From Octopus bimaculoides (lineage: Eukaryota), in NCBI RefSeq assembly GCF_001194135.2, contig NC_069004.1, forward strand, positions 26,928,874-26,980,475: DNA of 51,602 nt, given 5' to 3'. Under the pieces are notes generated by a model. The model did not search any database and was not told the origin of the DNA. It was given only the letters and a program-made list of their open reading frames with translations. Positions 11,403 through 24,037 of this stretch are shown here, piece by piece (within the stretch, counting starts at the first letter, position 1; the number at the start of each line of letters is the position of its first letter). A program made the position numbers and the translations under genes.

Positions 11403-13204
11403 ATATATATGTATATATACGTGTGTGTGTGTATATACATACATATATATATATAAATGTACATATATACACATATGTATATATATATATGAATATGTAT
11501 ATATACAGTGAGAGAGAGGGGGAGAGACAACCATAAATAAACCATACAGACAGGCAGGCAAGCAGATAGAAATATGGATATAGACAGAGATACAGATATA
11601 CATACATATATATATATATATGTAAGATGATATTCATGGCTACACACACACACAGACAAACATATATATGTATATATGTGTGTACGTGTGTGTGTGCATT
11701 TATGCATGCATGTATGGATGGATGTGTATAGGTAATTATAAATCTGATATGTACAGGCTATTACGTACAGCTTAACGTGTGCCTCGGGATATGCCATTAT
11801 AAAAACAATTGTACATATATATATATATATATATATCTTTTTTTTGCTATCTATCTATCTACCTATCTACCCGTGTGTGTGTGTGTGTGTGTGTGTGTGT
11901 ACATACTTACATATATGTATATATGTATATATATACATATATACATACATGTATATATATGCATATTTAATATATATACATATGCATACACATATGTACA
12001 TATACATATATATATGTATCTCTCTCCCTATNNNNNNNNNNNNNNNNNNNNNNNNNNNNNNNNNNNNNNNNNNNNNNNNNNNNNNNNNNNNNNNNNNNNN
12101 NNNNNNNNNNNNNNNNNNNNNNNNNNNNNNNNNNNNNNNNNNNNNNNNNNNNNNNNNNNNNNNNNNNNNNNNNNNNNNNNNNNNNNNNNNNNNNNNNNNN
12201 NNNNNNNNNNNNNNNNNNNNNNNNNNNNNNNNNNNNNNNNNNNNNNNNNNNNNNNNNNNNNNNNNNNNNNNNNNNNNNNNNNNNNNNNNNNNNNNNNNNN
12301 NNNNNNNNNNNNNNNNNNNNNNNNNNNNNNNNNNNNNNNNNNNNNNNNNNNNNNNNNNNNNNNNNNNNNNNNNNACATTTATTCGAAGAGTAGGCTTCAT
12401 TCAGTAAATCTATATTCATATATTTATATGTGTGAATGTGTATGTGTCCATAGTTATTTGCGTGTGCCACAGAGTGTGTGTGTGTGTGTGTGAGTGTGTG
12501 TGTATACGTGCGTGCGCACTCGTGTCTCATTGATATTTAATAATCATAATATGTGTGTAAGAGAGCCATAAACATGTCAGAATTAGTTTCAGCGAGGTTG
12601 AAACTTCTCTGAAATTATGGCATTAGGTTTACGATTTTGACATAAAATAAACTACAGAGAAGCCCTCAAGTATTTAGATTTCAAACGGGGCTTTTCAAAA
12701 TCAATGAGATCTATTGATTTCTTGCTAGATTCTCAATCTTCTATACAGAAAAACGACCGTTTGCAAAAGGAGAAATGGATTTTACAAAATCTATGAGTAT
12801 ATAAATATACTATGCGCATAATGATGTTTTTGACTATTGAACGAGGAATGAGATCACAAAATGATCTGCATCTATAGATTTCTGAGCTATTGAACAAGGA
12901 GAGAAATCACAAATTGAACTTCGGGGAGAAGAAATAAAGAGCAAATGTTGATTCACTGAAGGAAATCAATTTTCTGTGATTCTTGTCAATCATCAGTTAG
13001 AATTTCGAATATCAGCTGGTCTAATCGATTTACTAACGATTAATCTGCCTTTTTTCTCTAAAGATTGTCATGGGGGCTGCCGAGAGAAAAAAATATCCGG
13101 TCGAAACGCCCGTTTTAGCATGTTTTAAATAGCGCTGCATGGAGGTACTAAGCCCCTTTCACTTCCGGAAGCATTTTAGTAAAATATACACTTGGTATGT
13201 AGTA

Positions 13205-13430
13205 GAGGCATATGGTATAATGTTTAGGGTATTGGACTCATGATCGTAAGATTGTGGTTTCAATTACTGGGCCGGGCAACGCATTGTATTATTGAGCAAA
13301 GCACTTCATTTCACATTATTCCAGTTCACTCAGCTGGTAAAAATTAATAATCCTGCAACAGACTGGCGTCCTGTTCAGAGAGGAATGTATACGCCAGAGA
13401 AACCAGGAGACCAGCCCTATGTTCCATGCG
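13205..13430 (+). mobile_element. SINE family C (tRNA-like head plus conserved central domain), old copy
   Basis: A-box-like tggtataatg, B-box-like ggtttcaatt, then ttgagcaaagcacttcatttcac. Homologous to 22125-22260 (+) and 51385-51520 (-). Confidence 0.6.
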
Positions 13431-13839
13431 GAGTAATCTAAACTAACCTAACATGTGAAGTGTGTTGTTGCAGTGCTTTAACCGCGGGTCAATTCTCACT
13501 GAGTATCATATATATGTATGTTAGGAGTACTGAAACGTAATGTCGTATTTTGAAGCAAATAGTAATTGAAGTGACTCCGCATCAAAGTATCGGGGACTTA
13601 CCCTGAAGGCTTAATAAACTTTGGCTACACTATACAAGAACGTCTCAAGTAGATTGGAAAAGTGTACAGAAAACAGAAGTGAATACCTCATGAGGTGTCA
13701 CCTAAGAATAAAGCAGTGCGTTCGACAATTTACAGCAATTTACTAATCAGAAATTAACAAACACCTGTTCTTAATTGAATTATAACAGGTGATGAAAAAT
13801 AGATAATCTATGCCAATAATAAATGGAAGAAGCAGTGGC

Positions 13840-14370
13840 TATTTTCAAATGAACACCCAGTTCCAATAACCAAACCAGATCACACCGAAAGAAAAGTTTG
13901 CTGTGTGTTTAGTGGAAAACAATGTTCACTTTGAATTATTGGAAAACAAGGGAAAAACCTCGCCGCTTGGTTTGGTGATTCCTGTACCACAAGTCATTTC
14001 TCGTATAGATTCCCGTGGGGATAGGTGGTGGGTTTCCAGCAACGGTTTTCCTTTTGAGGGTCTGGTTGATGACCGTAGCCTTCCTTGAACCCACCTTATG
14101 GACATCATGCACATTTCCATCTGATTCAACCTTATCTCGGATGGGAGCAAAGGTTGGTTGTGTCCTTTGTGAAAATGGCTTCTAAAATGTTTTTGCACTT
14201 TCATGATATTTTCCTGCTTCCAATAGCACTTTAGAATAAATTTTCATTCTTCAAAACTTAGATGTATTTCTGCTGCTGTTAGAGCCAATTTGATCTGAAA
14301 AGAAACGAAAAATACAATGAGTTATGGAAACTCAAAATGTGACTACATTCTTTTTGGGACAACCTATATA
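13840..14370 (-). mobile_element. Tc1/mariner-superfamily transposon (DUF4817-type HTH), internally deleted pseudogene with one TIR
   Basis: Minus strand: TA-TAGGTTGTCCCAAAAAG terminus at 14370, an acceptor ttttcag, then LSFEE*KFILKCYWKQENIMKVQKHFR...DGNVHDVHK...RLRSST...LSPRESIRE. This joins directly to a C-terminal-like ...LVIGTGCSFE; the DDE/D domain is absent. Confidence 0.7.
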
Positions 14371-14452
14371 NNNNNNNNNNNNNNNNNNNNNNNNNNNNNN
14401 NNNNNNNNNNNNNNNNNNNNNNNNNNNNNNNNNNNATATATATATATATATA

Positions 14453-14657
14453 TAGCTGAAGTATAAAAATTTATATTAATCAAAGGACATACTGAGTATG
14501 TCTACCTGCTGGAAATAACAGCCAAAACTCCTATTTAAACCGCCGAAAAAATAACACTGATAATAACAACAGAAATCAACCGTTTTGACTATTATTTCCA
14601 GCAGGTAAACATACTCAGTATGTCCTTTAATTAATATAGATTTTAATCCTTCAGCTA
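14453..14657. mobile_element. Foldback MITE, ~205 bp, ~75-bp imperfect TIRs, TA-flanked
   Basis: Left arm tagctgaagtataaaaatttatattaatcaaaggacatactgagtatgtctacctgctggaaataacagccaaaac versus reverse complement of the right arm tagctgaaggattaaaatctatattaattaaaggacatactgagtatgtttacctgctggaaataatagtcaaaac. Confidence 0.8.
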
Positions 14658-15142
14658 TTTAATGCTTTTTTGAGGCCTGCAATCGTCCATATCATTATTT
14701 CTGTTATTATCAATTTAATCATTTTTCTGTATGTTTATAAAAGCTAGAAAATTTCACTTCATACATTAATTACCGTATGGGTCCATCGGACCCTCGCATT
14801 AAATTCAGACACTACTTTTGTCATTCTAAACAACATAACAACAGTATCAAATATTATTTTCCTAGATATTTATCAGATATAGAATAGAAAAAATTGTATT
14901 CAATTTATTTGCTGAATTTTAGATAAAATAGGAAAAATTATGAAAACATTCTTATACATTTCTGTAGTATTGCGTCACCTTCACTCTGCTAGGTTACAGG
15001 GTGATGCAAAACTTCTTACAATATATTGCAACATCTTTCAAGAGAGTATAAATATGTGGGAAAGCAATATCTGCCATTAGACTGCTAAGAAATCTCATAG
15101 TTCAGTTGTGCTTTCCAATATGGTTAGACGTGACATCATTTG

Positions 15143-15517
15143 AATTCAAATTCCGCCATTCATCCTTTCAGAATCGATAAAATAAAGTACCCGTTGACGT
15201 AATCGAGACTTACTCTTTCCTTGCGCTAAAAAAATATTGTCTTTGTGCCATAATTTCAATTCAAATTCCGCCATTCATCCTTTCAGAGTCGATAAAATAA
15301 AGTACCAGTTGAGTACTAGGGGCGACGTAATCGAGATTTACCCTTTCCGTGCGCTAAAAAAAGTATTGTCCTTGTGCCATAATTTTAATTCAAACTCCGC
15401 CTTTCATCCTTTCAGAGTCGATAAAATAAAGTACCAGTTGAGTACTAGGAGCGACGTAATCGAGACTTACTCTTTCCTTGCGCTAAAAAATTGTTGTCCT
15501 TGTGCTATAATTTGAAA
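15143..15517 (+). repeat. Three tandem copies (115-129 bp) of the SINE-A 3' portion
   Basis: Units start aattcaaattccgcc at 15143, 15258 and 15387 and share diagnostic variants. Confidence 0.9.
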
Positions 15518-16341
15518 CCATTTTCGTTACACCAAATTGTTGTGTTCGATTGTCTTTTTCGAATATTTTCGGAAACTTTTATGATTCAGGTGCCTGTTTA
15601 TTTCTTTTAGTTATGAAATAATATAACATAAAACAAACAATCCTCGCACTAAACACATGAGTTTTATTTATTATGAATTATTGATTATCTACGTGTTTTT
15701 TCCTAAATATCATTCTAATATTTATTATTTATTCTTCACTTCAACCATACTTTCCACAAATGCCTAAGGCTAGATTTAATATCTGTGAAGCCAGCTTCTT
15801 TTAATCTAAAGCTGAAGCGTAGAAAAAAAATCTCTTTTATTAAGTGTCTTCCAGGAGTGGTGTGAATGTTTTTTCACTTTTTTTCTCTCATTTCTCTACT
15901 TTTCTTCTCCAACATTTTCTTTTTCTTTTTTTTTTTTCTTTTTTTCTCTCATTTTTTTTTTCTTTTGTCTTCTCTCTCTAATCTCTGAAAAATTTTCTGA
16001 CAAAGAAATAATTAGTCTTCCAAAGATAGCGAGCGCTTTCGATAAAAATTCAGACTGAAAAATAAATAAATAGATAAATAAATAAATAAATAGCTTCAGT
16101 ATTATACACTCAGAAAAAATTTGTGTTTTGTGTTACTTCAGTACTGCTCCAGTCTGACCTGCCTCCTCTCAAGGCAAGAAGAAACCAAAAATATCCATCA
16201 TGTTGTTATATTTAATATTTTATCCAAACACTGTCAATGATATTCTTCAAATGTTTGGTAGATGGAGTAAAATTTACCAAATGTATGAAAGAGAAAAGTT
16301 TTAATTCTATTGCCATGTGGTAAAAAGTTCACACACACACA

Positions 16342-16375
<34 letters not shown>

Positions 16376-16454
16376 TGCACACACACGAGTTAATCAGATG
16401 AGAGAGATGAAGAGAGGGAATACACACATGTAATATAAACATTTACGTTACGTG

Positions 16455-16506
<52 letters not shown>

Positions 16507-17277
16507 TGTGTGTGTGTGTGTGTGTATCAAGAGTCTTGATCATAACCTTCCGACGAATGGGAACGTGAAACTCTGAGTCACAGTTTTTGTGATGTTTTTG
16601 CAGCTTTAACAGAAAAAAAGCATATTACTCTGACTCCGGTGTTCGAGTACTATTCTTTCCCCCTTCTTTTGCATTTATGTGCTTCCTCGTGAATATNNNN
16701 NNNNNNNNNNNNNNNNNNNNNNNNNNNNNNNNNNNNNNNNNNNNNNNNNNNNNNNNNNNNNNNNNNNNNNNNNNNNNNNNNNNNNNNNNNNNNNNNNNNN
16801 NNNNNNNNNNNNNNNNNNNNNNNNNNNNNNNNNNNNNNNNNNNNNNNNNNNNNNNNNNNNNNNNNNNNNNNNNNNNNNNNNNNNNNNNNNNNNNNNNNNN
16901 NNNNNNNNNNNNNNNNNNNNNNNNNNNNNNNNNNNNNNNNNNNNNNNNNNNNNNNNNNNNNNNNNNNNNNNNNNNNNNNNNNNNNNNNNNNNNNNNNNNN
17001 NNNNNNNNNNNNNNNNNNNNNNNNNNNNNNNNNNNNNNNNNNNNNNNNNNNNNNNNNNNNNNNNNNNNNNNNNNNNNNNNNNNNNNNNNNNNTATATATA
17101 TACTCGCATACACAACGGCTTCTTTCAGTTTCTCTCTACCAGATCCACTCACAAGCAAATATCATAACCAATTGATGGTATATTTTCAGGTTTGTTCATT
17201 TATCTGTCCACATTTTTGAAGTTTATCATTATTGTTGATGTTGTTGTGGTGGTAGCCAATAAGAATTTTCTGATAAT

Positions 17278-17491
17278 GGTTTTAAATTTTGGCACAAGAC
17301 TAGCAAGTCGGTGGCGGCTGGGGCAGATAAGTCGATTACCTGGGCCAGAGTACACAGCTGGAACTTATCTGATTGATCCCGAAATGATAAAAGACGTCAG
17401 CGGAATTTGAACACAAAACCTAAGGACAGACGAAGTGCTGCTAAGCGTTTTTTTACCCCGGGTGCTAACGATTCTACCACCTCGCCGCCCT
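17278..17491 (-). mobile_element. SINE family A, near full length
   Basis: Reverse complement begins gggcggcgaggtggtagaatcgttagcacc and ends ...cttgtgccaaaatttaaaacc. Confidence 0.8.
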
Positions 17492-18259
17492 AGCATTTTC
17501 TCATATTACGTTGAGATATTTAAGCTAATATTTAAATAGGAGACAAAAACTAGAAAAACTGTGCAACTGTCACTTTGTCCCCAGTATGCATATGAAACTT
17601 TTCATTGACCCCACGAGGGTGGTAGCGTAACGTGGGAAACACTGTTATAACATACGCACAGATTCTGAGTAGGAGCCTAATATGTGATCAGTACGTTCCT
17701 TTTTTTCACTCCACTTTGCCTGTAGGTTAGAAGCGAAGTAAACCATAGTAGTATCCCTTATTCTAATTCTTAAGCCAAGGAAGGAAAGAATACGCTCATG
17801 TCCTCTTTTATTCTTCAAGGCCTGCGTGACTGAGGCAATAAAAGGACAAAGTTATTAAATCTAAGACCCAGTGCAAAAGTTTACAGCAGAATGCACGCTC
17901 GTAAATATACCCAAGGACAGGCGGTACTGTTTAATCCATCCAAAAAGAATGCAAAGAGACAAACATATACAACAACGAACGTCCTCGAACGCTCTGATAA
18001 TTCCACCAAATCATCGCTCCGTGCTGGCATTTTATTTTGTCGACCCTGAAAATGTGAAAACAACTATGACCTCGGCGGGATTTGAGCTCTGAACATAAAG
18101 TGTTCTGATTGAATGACGTGAGATAATGGTTCTTTTAATCATCTACTGCAAGAATAATAATACAGGTACAACAATTTTCCCGAAGCTTTAGTTCCGAGGT
18201 CTTTCGGAATAACTCATTCTTCCGAACCAGGAGTGGTTACATCTAAATTAAATATTAGT

Positions 18260-18473
18260 CTCAAATTTTAGCACAAGGCCAAACATTTGGTGGAGACGGG
18301 AAATACATTACATCGTCCCCAGTGATCAGCTGGTCCTTATTTCATCGTACCTGAAGGGGATGAAAGGCAAAAATCGACCTCGGCAGAATTTGAAATCAGA
18401 ACATGAAGACGGACGAAACCTCGGTAAGCATAATTGACGAATGTGTTAACAATTCTGCCGGCAAATCGCTTTA
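18260..18473 (-). mobile_element. SINE family A, diverged full-length copy
   Basis: ggatgaaaggcaaaaatcgacctcggcagaatttgaa core on + strand; head aattctgccggcaaatcgcttt. Confidence 0.75.
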
Positions 18474-18858
18474 AATTAAGCAAATATTATATTTACACAT
18501 CAATAATTAAACAAAATTCATTTGCACGTACATTAATAACAACAAGACAAATATATTTATATATATATATATATATATNNNNNNNNNNNNNNNNNNNNNN
18601 NNNNNNNNNNNNNNNNNNNNNNNNNNNNNNNNNNNNNNNNNNNNNNNNNNNNNNNNNNNNNNNNNNNNNNNNNNNNNNNNNNNNNNNNNNNNNNNNNNNN
18701 NNNNNNNNNNNNNNNNNNNNNNNNNNNNNNNNNNNNNNNNNNNNNNNNNNNNNNNNNNNNNNNNNNNNNNNNNNNNNNNNNNNNNNNNNNNNNNNNNNNN
18801 NNNNNNNNNNNNNNNNNNNNNNNNNNNNNNNNNNNNNNNNNNNNNNNNNNNNNNNNNN

Positions 18859-18902
<44 letters not shown>

Positions 18903-18904
18903 TA

Positions 18905-19760
18905 CGTTATACTCGAGGGTCTTCCAGGATCTTAGTAACATAGAGACCTTGCAATGTCTATAAGGAAAAGAGTAGCCTATATACTAATCTAGCGGGCACA
19001 GGAATTCGAATTCCCCGCTCGTAAATTAGTACGGATTATAAGAGGCTTCAGGACCACAGGTGTCCGAATAACTGGTGTTGTACCTATATTTGTTTCTGAT
19101 TTAGGCTGAAGACCAGCAGTTCCGTGGAAAGAATGTTTGTAAGTGGGTAACCGGTTTTATTATGTTATGATCCTAAATGCATGTTTGAAAGCTCAAAAAG
19201 CTTGTTAGAACAATTAGCCAAAAAAAAAAAAAAAAAAAANNNNNNNNNNAATTAGCCAAAAAAAAAAAAAAAGAAAAAACGAAAGAAGGAAATGAGTCGA
19301 ATCCCGATTAGAACGTATGTCACCTGTGCAGCAACACCAATAAGTATGGAAGACAGTAAGTAAAACTATTCTATGTTCAATGGGTAGCAAGGAAGGAAAT
19401 GTAAGGTGAAGGGATGGTGAAATATCGAAGCTAATAACAAACCGTCTTGCCATTGATATGGGAGGCCTTATCGGCAAGAAAATAAAATAGCAGAGAATAT
19501 TGATGGATATATATATTATTTATAGGATATTATTGGCCTCAGAGCCACAAGATGTATTGCTAAAACTAATCGAATCGAGGAACTAAAGATCAATTACCAA
19601 TAGAGACAAAAGTATACATACATACATACATACATACATACAAACATATATATATATACATACTCACATACACACATATATATATACATACATATATATA
19701 TAAACATATGTTTGAATGCATGTATGTGTATATACACGTATGTATATATGTATATATATG

Positions 19761-19846
<86 letters not shown>

Positions 19847-20160
19847 CACACATACATACATATATATATATATAATGTGTTATACTTCAGGATCTTAGTA
19901 ACATAGAAACCTTGCAATGGCTATGACGACAAAAGTAGACTATAAAATAGTCCACAAGATGAGAACAACAAGGAAAGGAAACACTAGAATTTTCCATTTC
20001 TCTTGTGTGTGATTTTCCTTCCTTGTGTTACTTTATATTTTAGATTGATAAATGATAGGTAGATAAATATTGTGTCTAGTCGGGTTCGATTACCTAAGTT
20101 CGAAGTAAGACGTTAGACCTCTCATAGATCAATATAAAGAAATTCCCACTCGGCTCATAC
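18905..20160 (+). mobile_element. Probable internally deleted Gypsy-type LTR retrotransposon (LTR-PBS-gag remnant-integrase remnant-LTR)
   Basis: Direct repeats (c/t)gttatac...caggatcttagtaacatag(a)gaccttgcaatg.ctat...gtag.ctata at 18905-18981 and 19878-19944, plus shared tctag(t)cggg and aattccc..ctcg. TGGTG at 19073 is PBS-like. AEDQQFRGKNVCKWVTGF is gag-like. MGGLIGKKIK*QRILM...GYYWPQ (19458-19542) resembles the integrase GH.G...T..RI...YYWP motif. Confidence 0.5.
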
Positions 20161-20294
20161 GTACAAAAAACACATACAAACAGTCACATGAAGCTTTATG
20201 CATTCCTATGTGCGTGCATGCGTATCTGTGTTGATGTGTGAATGTCTGCTTATACATAAGTACTTATATATACATACATACATACATACATACA

Positions 20295-20373
<79 letters not shown>

Positions 20374-20394
20374 ATATATATATATATACAGACA

Positions 20395-20478
<84 letters not shown>

Positions 20479-20682
20479 TGTATATTAGAGAGAGGCGTAG
20501 GTGGAGAGTATGAGATATGATACACGTTAATAATGATATATTTATATATGTGTGCATTAAACGTATGTGTACGTTTATTATAAAACAATACGTATTCTAT
20601 ATCTATCTAAATATACGCATAGATTATATTCATATAGGAGAGACAAACAGATAGGTAGATAGATAGACAGACGGATAGATAA

Positions 20683-20735
<53 letters not shown>

Positions 20736-21157
20736 CAGGCACGCATATCAAATTACATTATGTTTTTAATGGCATTCTAAGCGTTGTCTTTATATTGTAA
20801 CTTTTGTGTATTTTGGAATTCCTTTTTTTCCCCTTTGACAAACCAATATGACTTAGAATATTGATTTTTGAGTGAAAGGAAATAGGTAAAGAAAATATTT
20901 ATAGTTTATTGTCTTTCATTTATATCTCTGTTGTTGTTCTTCTTCTTGTTGTTGTTTTTGTGGTTTTGTCGTTATTGTTTTAAGTTTAAATTATCTTCGA
21001 GACAGAAACCTTAGCTTTAAAAATCTTTCCATTTTTTAGCTTTTGGCTTTGCGGTTTCCCAACCATATATTTTATTCTTTCTTCAAAATAATACAGAAGA
21101 CTAACAGTAAATATGTGAATAAGCATAAAACAGAAAGTTTATGTGTATATCTGTGCG

Positions 21158-21189
<32 letters not shown>

Positions 21190-21216
21190 TGTGTGTGTGT
21201 GTGTGTGCGTGCGTGC

Positions 21217-21252
<36 letters not shown>

Positions 21253-21967
21253 GTGTGTGTGTGTGGATACACACACACATATATGTGTCTATATATATAT
21301 ATATATATGTATGTATTTGTATATATATATATATATTTGAAAGGATAATGCGGAGGGAAAGCGGGAAATATATGCATGTAAATATATTCTTTTTTACTCT
21401 AGGCATAAGGCCCGAAATTTTGGGGGAGGGAGCCAGTNNNNNNNNNNNNNNNNNNNNNNNNNNNNNNNNNNNNNNNNNNNNNNNNNNNNNNNNNNNNNNN
21501 NNNNNNNNNNNNNNNNNNNNNNNNNNNNNNNNNNNNNNNNNNNNNNNNNNNNNNNNNNNNNNNNNNNNNNNNNNNNNNNNNNNNNNNNNNNNNNNNNNNN
21601 NNNNNNNNNNNNNNNNNNNNNNNNNNNNNNNNNNNNNNNNNNNNNNNNNNNNNNNNNNNNNNNNNNNNNNNNNNNNNNNNNNNNNNNNNNNNNNNNNNNN
21701 NNNNNNNNNNNNNNNNNNNNNNNNNNNNNNNNNNNNNNNNNNNNNNNNNNNNNNNNNNNNNNNNNNNNNNNNNNNNNNNNNNNNNNNNNNNNNNNNNNNN
21801 NNNNNNNNNNNNNNNNNNNNNNNNNNNNNNNNNNNNNNNNNNNNNNNNNNNNNNNNNNNNNNNNNNNNNNNNNNNNNNNNNNNNNNNNNNNNNNNNNNNN
21901 NNNNNNNNNNNNNNNNNNNNNNNNNNNNNNNNNNNNNNNNNNNNNNNNNNNNNNNNNNNNNNNNNNN

Positions 21968-22024
<57 letters not shown>

Positions 22025-22124
22025 GTCTGTGTGTGTGTATACATACATATATGCATATGCATAAGTATATATACACACATCTATATATACATATGTATGT
22101 TTATATAGATGTGTGTATGTAAAT

Positions 22125-22260
22125 ATGGCATAGAGATAAAAGTGTTACATTCACGATTGCGAGATTGTGATTTCAATTCCTAGACTGGGTGTTGCGTTGT
22201 GTACTTGAGCAAAACACTTCATTTCACGTTGCTCTGAGATCATTTCGTCTTGAAGCTGTA
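22125..22260 (+). mobile_element. SINE family C fragment
   Basis: gattgtgatttcaattcctagactgggtgttgcgttgtgtacttgagcaaaacacttcatttcacgttgctc is homologous to 13250-13325. Confidence 0.6.
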
Positions 22261-23317
22261 CAGGCAATGTTGAGCTGATAGAGGGAATTGGCTTATGTGA
22301 ACACAAACATTAGATCACTATAAACTATTCATCTGTCTCGTTGTTCAGAACTCTCATTCAACGTCTAAGAACGGAAAACCATTTACCACGTCCTCGCGTT
22401 GTTGTTTTTTCTTGTGTTTTTTCTCCGATTTTATTTTATTAATTATATATATATANNNNNNNNNNNNNNNNNNNNNNNNNNNNNNNNNNNNNNNNNNNNN
22501 NNNNNNNNNNNNNNNNNNNNNNNNNNNNNNNNNNNNNNNNNNNNNNNNNNNNNNNNNNNNNNNNNNNNNNNNNNNNNNNNNNNNNNNNNNNNNNNNNNNN
22601 NNNNNNNNNNNNNNNNNNNNNNNNNNNNNNNNNNNNNNNNNNNNNNNNNNNNNNNNNNNNNNNNNNNNNNNNNNNNNNNNNNNNNNNNNNNNNNNNNNNN
22701 NNNNNNNNNNNNNNNNNNNNNNNNNNNNNNNNNNNNNNNNNNNNNNNNNNNNNNNNNNNNNNNNNNNNNNNNNNNNNNNNNNNNNNNNNNNNNNNNNNNN
22801 NNNNNNNNNNNNNNNNNNNNNNNNNNNNNNNNNNNNNNNNNNNNNNNNNNNNNNNNNNNNNNNNNNNNNNNNNNNNNNNNNNNNNATATATATATATATA
22901 CATACATATATATGTATATATGTATGTATGTGTATGTATATGTATGAGTATATATCCTTGTCATCACTGTTTATTTATTATTGATTTGATTTTGGTGATA
23001 TTATGGTTTTTGTGTTTTTTGCAAAATGTATGTATTACTGTTTTAGTGTTGTTGTTTTTTTTTTCATTCTACCTAACTTCGTTGTTGTCATCACTTGCTG
23101 CGTTATTGATCTTATTCTCATTGTTGTTGGTGTTGTTACAGTACATCTATTGTTAGTGTTTTTGTTGGTTACGCTGTTATTGTTGTTCTATTCCGACAAT
23201 GATTGATATTTCTGGTTTCAAAATTCTTTTTTTTTCTCAACTTCCCTTGGCTATTATTATTATTATTATTATTGTGGTTGTTGTTTCTGCTGCTGCTGCT
23301 GCTGCGGCTGTTGTTGC

Positions 23318-23370
<53 letters not shown>

Positions 23371-23387
23371 CTGTTGTTGTTGTTAGC

Positions 23388-23594
23388 AAGGTGGTGAGCT
23401 GGCAGAATCGTTAGCACGCTAGATGAAATGCTTAGCGTTATTTCGCCCATTGCTACGTTCTAAATTCAAATTCCACCGAGGTTGATTTTACCTTTCTTCC
23501 TATCGGGGTCGTTAAAGTGAATACCAGTGAAACATAAGTAGCCGACTGGCCCTCCCCCAAAATGGCTGCCCTTGTGACGATGTTTGAAACAATT
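23388..23594 (+). mobile_element. SINE family A, full length
   Basis: aaggtggtgagctggcagaatcgttagcacg (A-box region), gttctaaattcaaattcc (B-box region); preceded by (GTT)n and followed by (ATT)n. Confidence 0.85.
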
Positions 23595-23601
23595 ATTATT
23601 A

Positions 23602-23683
<82 letters not shown>

Positions 23684-23734
23684 CATCATCATCATCATCA
23701 TCATCGTCATCATCATCATCATCATCATCACCAC

Positions 23735-23767
<33 letters not shown>

Positions 23768-23777
23768 TATTATCATT

Positions 23778-23984
23778 AAGGCGGTGAGCTGGCAGAATCA
23801 TTAGCAGGCCGGATAAAATGCATAGTTCTATTATGCTCGTCGCTACGTTCTGAGTCCAAATTCCGCCAAGGTCGACATTACCTTTCATCCTTTCGATAAA
23901 TTAAGTACCAGTCAAGTACTGGGGTTGATGTAATTGACTTCCCTCTCCTCAGAAATCTCAGGCCTTGTGCCTATTGTAGAAAAG

Positions 23985-23987
<3 letters not shown>
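23778..23987 (+). mobile_element. SINE family A, full length, head-to-tail with the previous copy
   Basis: aaggcggtgagctggcagaatcattagc...ggccttgtgcctattgtagaaaagatt followed by (ATT)n. Confidence 0.85.

Positions 23988-24037
<50 letters not shown>

Noticed and set aside
8778-12530. Many long ORFs in the track (YIYI, HTHT, VCVC, poly-I/L/N/D, X-runs), here and throughout the window
   Set aside because: They are translations of di- and trinucleotide microsatellites or are kept open only by N gaps; there is no protein signal.
14779-14793. GGGTCC-atc-GGACCC hairpin reminiscent of piggyBac subterminal motifs
   Set aside because: No TTAA-flanked TIR pair was found, so the element cannot be delimited.
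14968-15045. 78-nt open exon-like segment YCVTFTLLGYRVMQNFLQYIATSFKR
   Set aside because: The donor is weak, and the segment contains TACAGGGTGATGCAAAA, which resembles a Tc1/mariner TIR; there is no homology.
15143-15517. CRISPR-like array (also the 36913-36989 repeat)
   Set aside because: The context is eukaryotic, the units are contiguous with no unique spacers, and there are no cas genes; the first array is SINE-derived.
13591-16172. Other micro-exon-like patterns (minus strand PKFIKPSG near 13600; plus strand LLQSDLPPLK near 16141 with a GC donor)
   Set aside because: They are too short to distinguish from chance splice-like matches without RNA data.
17595-17645. hAT-like terminus (gtgggaaacactg)
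   Set aside because: Only one short end, with no partner TIR or TSD identified.
19105-19138. Micro-exon with good splice sites (ttag|GCTGAAGAC...GTTT|gtaagt)
   Set aside because: It lies just after the PBS-like site of the putative LTR element and reads through as gag-like FRGKNVCKWVTGF, so it is better explained as retroelement sequence. Exonisation is not excluded.
19210-19272. Apparent duplication attagcc-poly(A) on both sides of a 9-N gap
   Set aside because: Most likely an unmerged contig overlap (assembly artefact).
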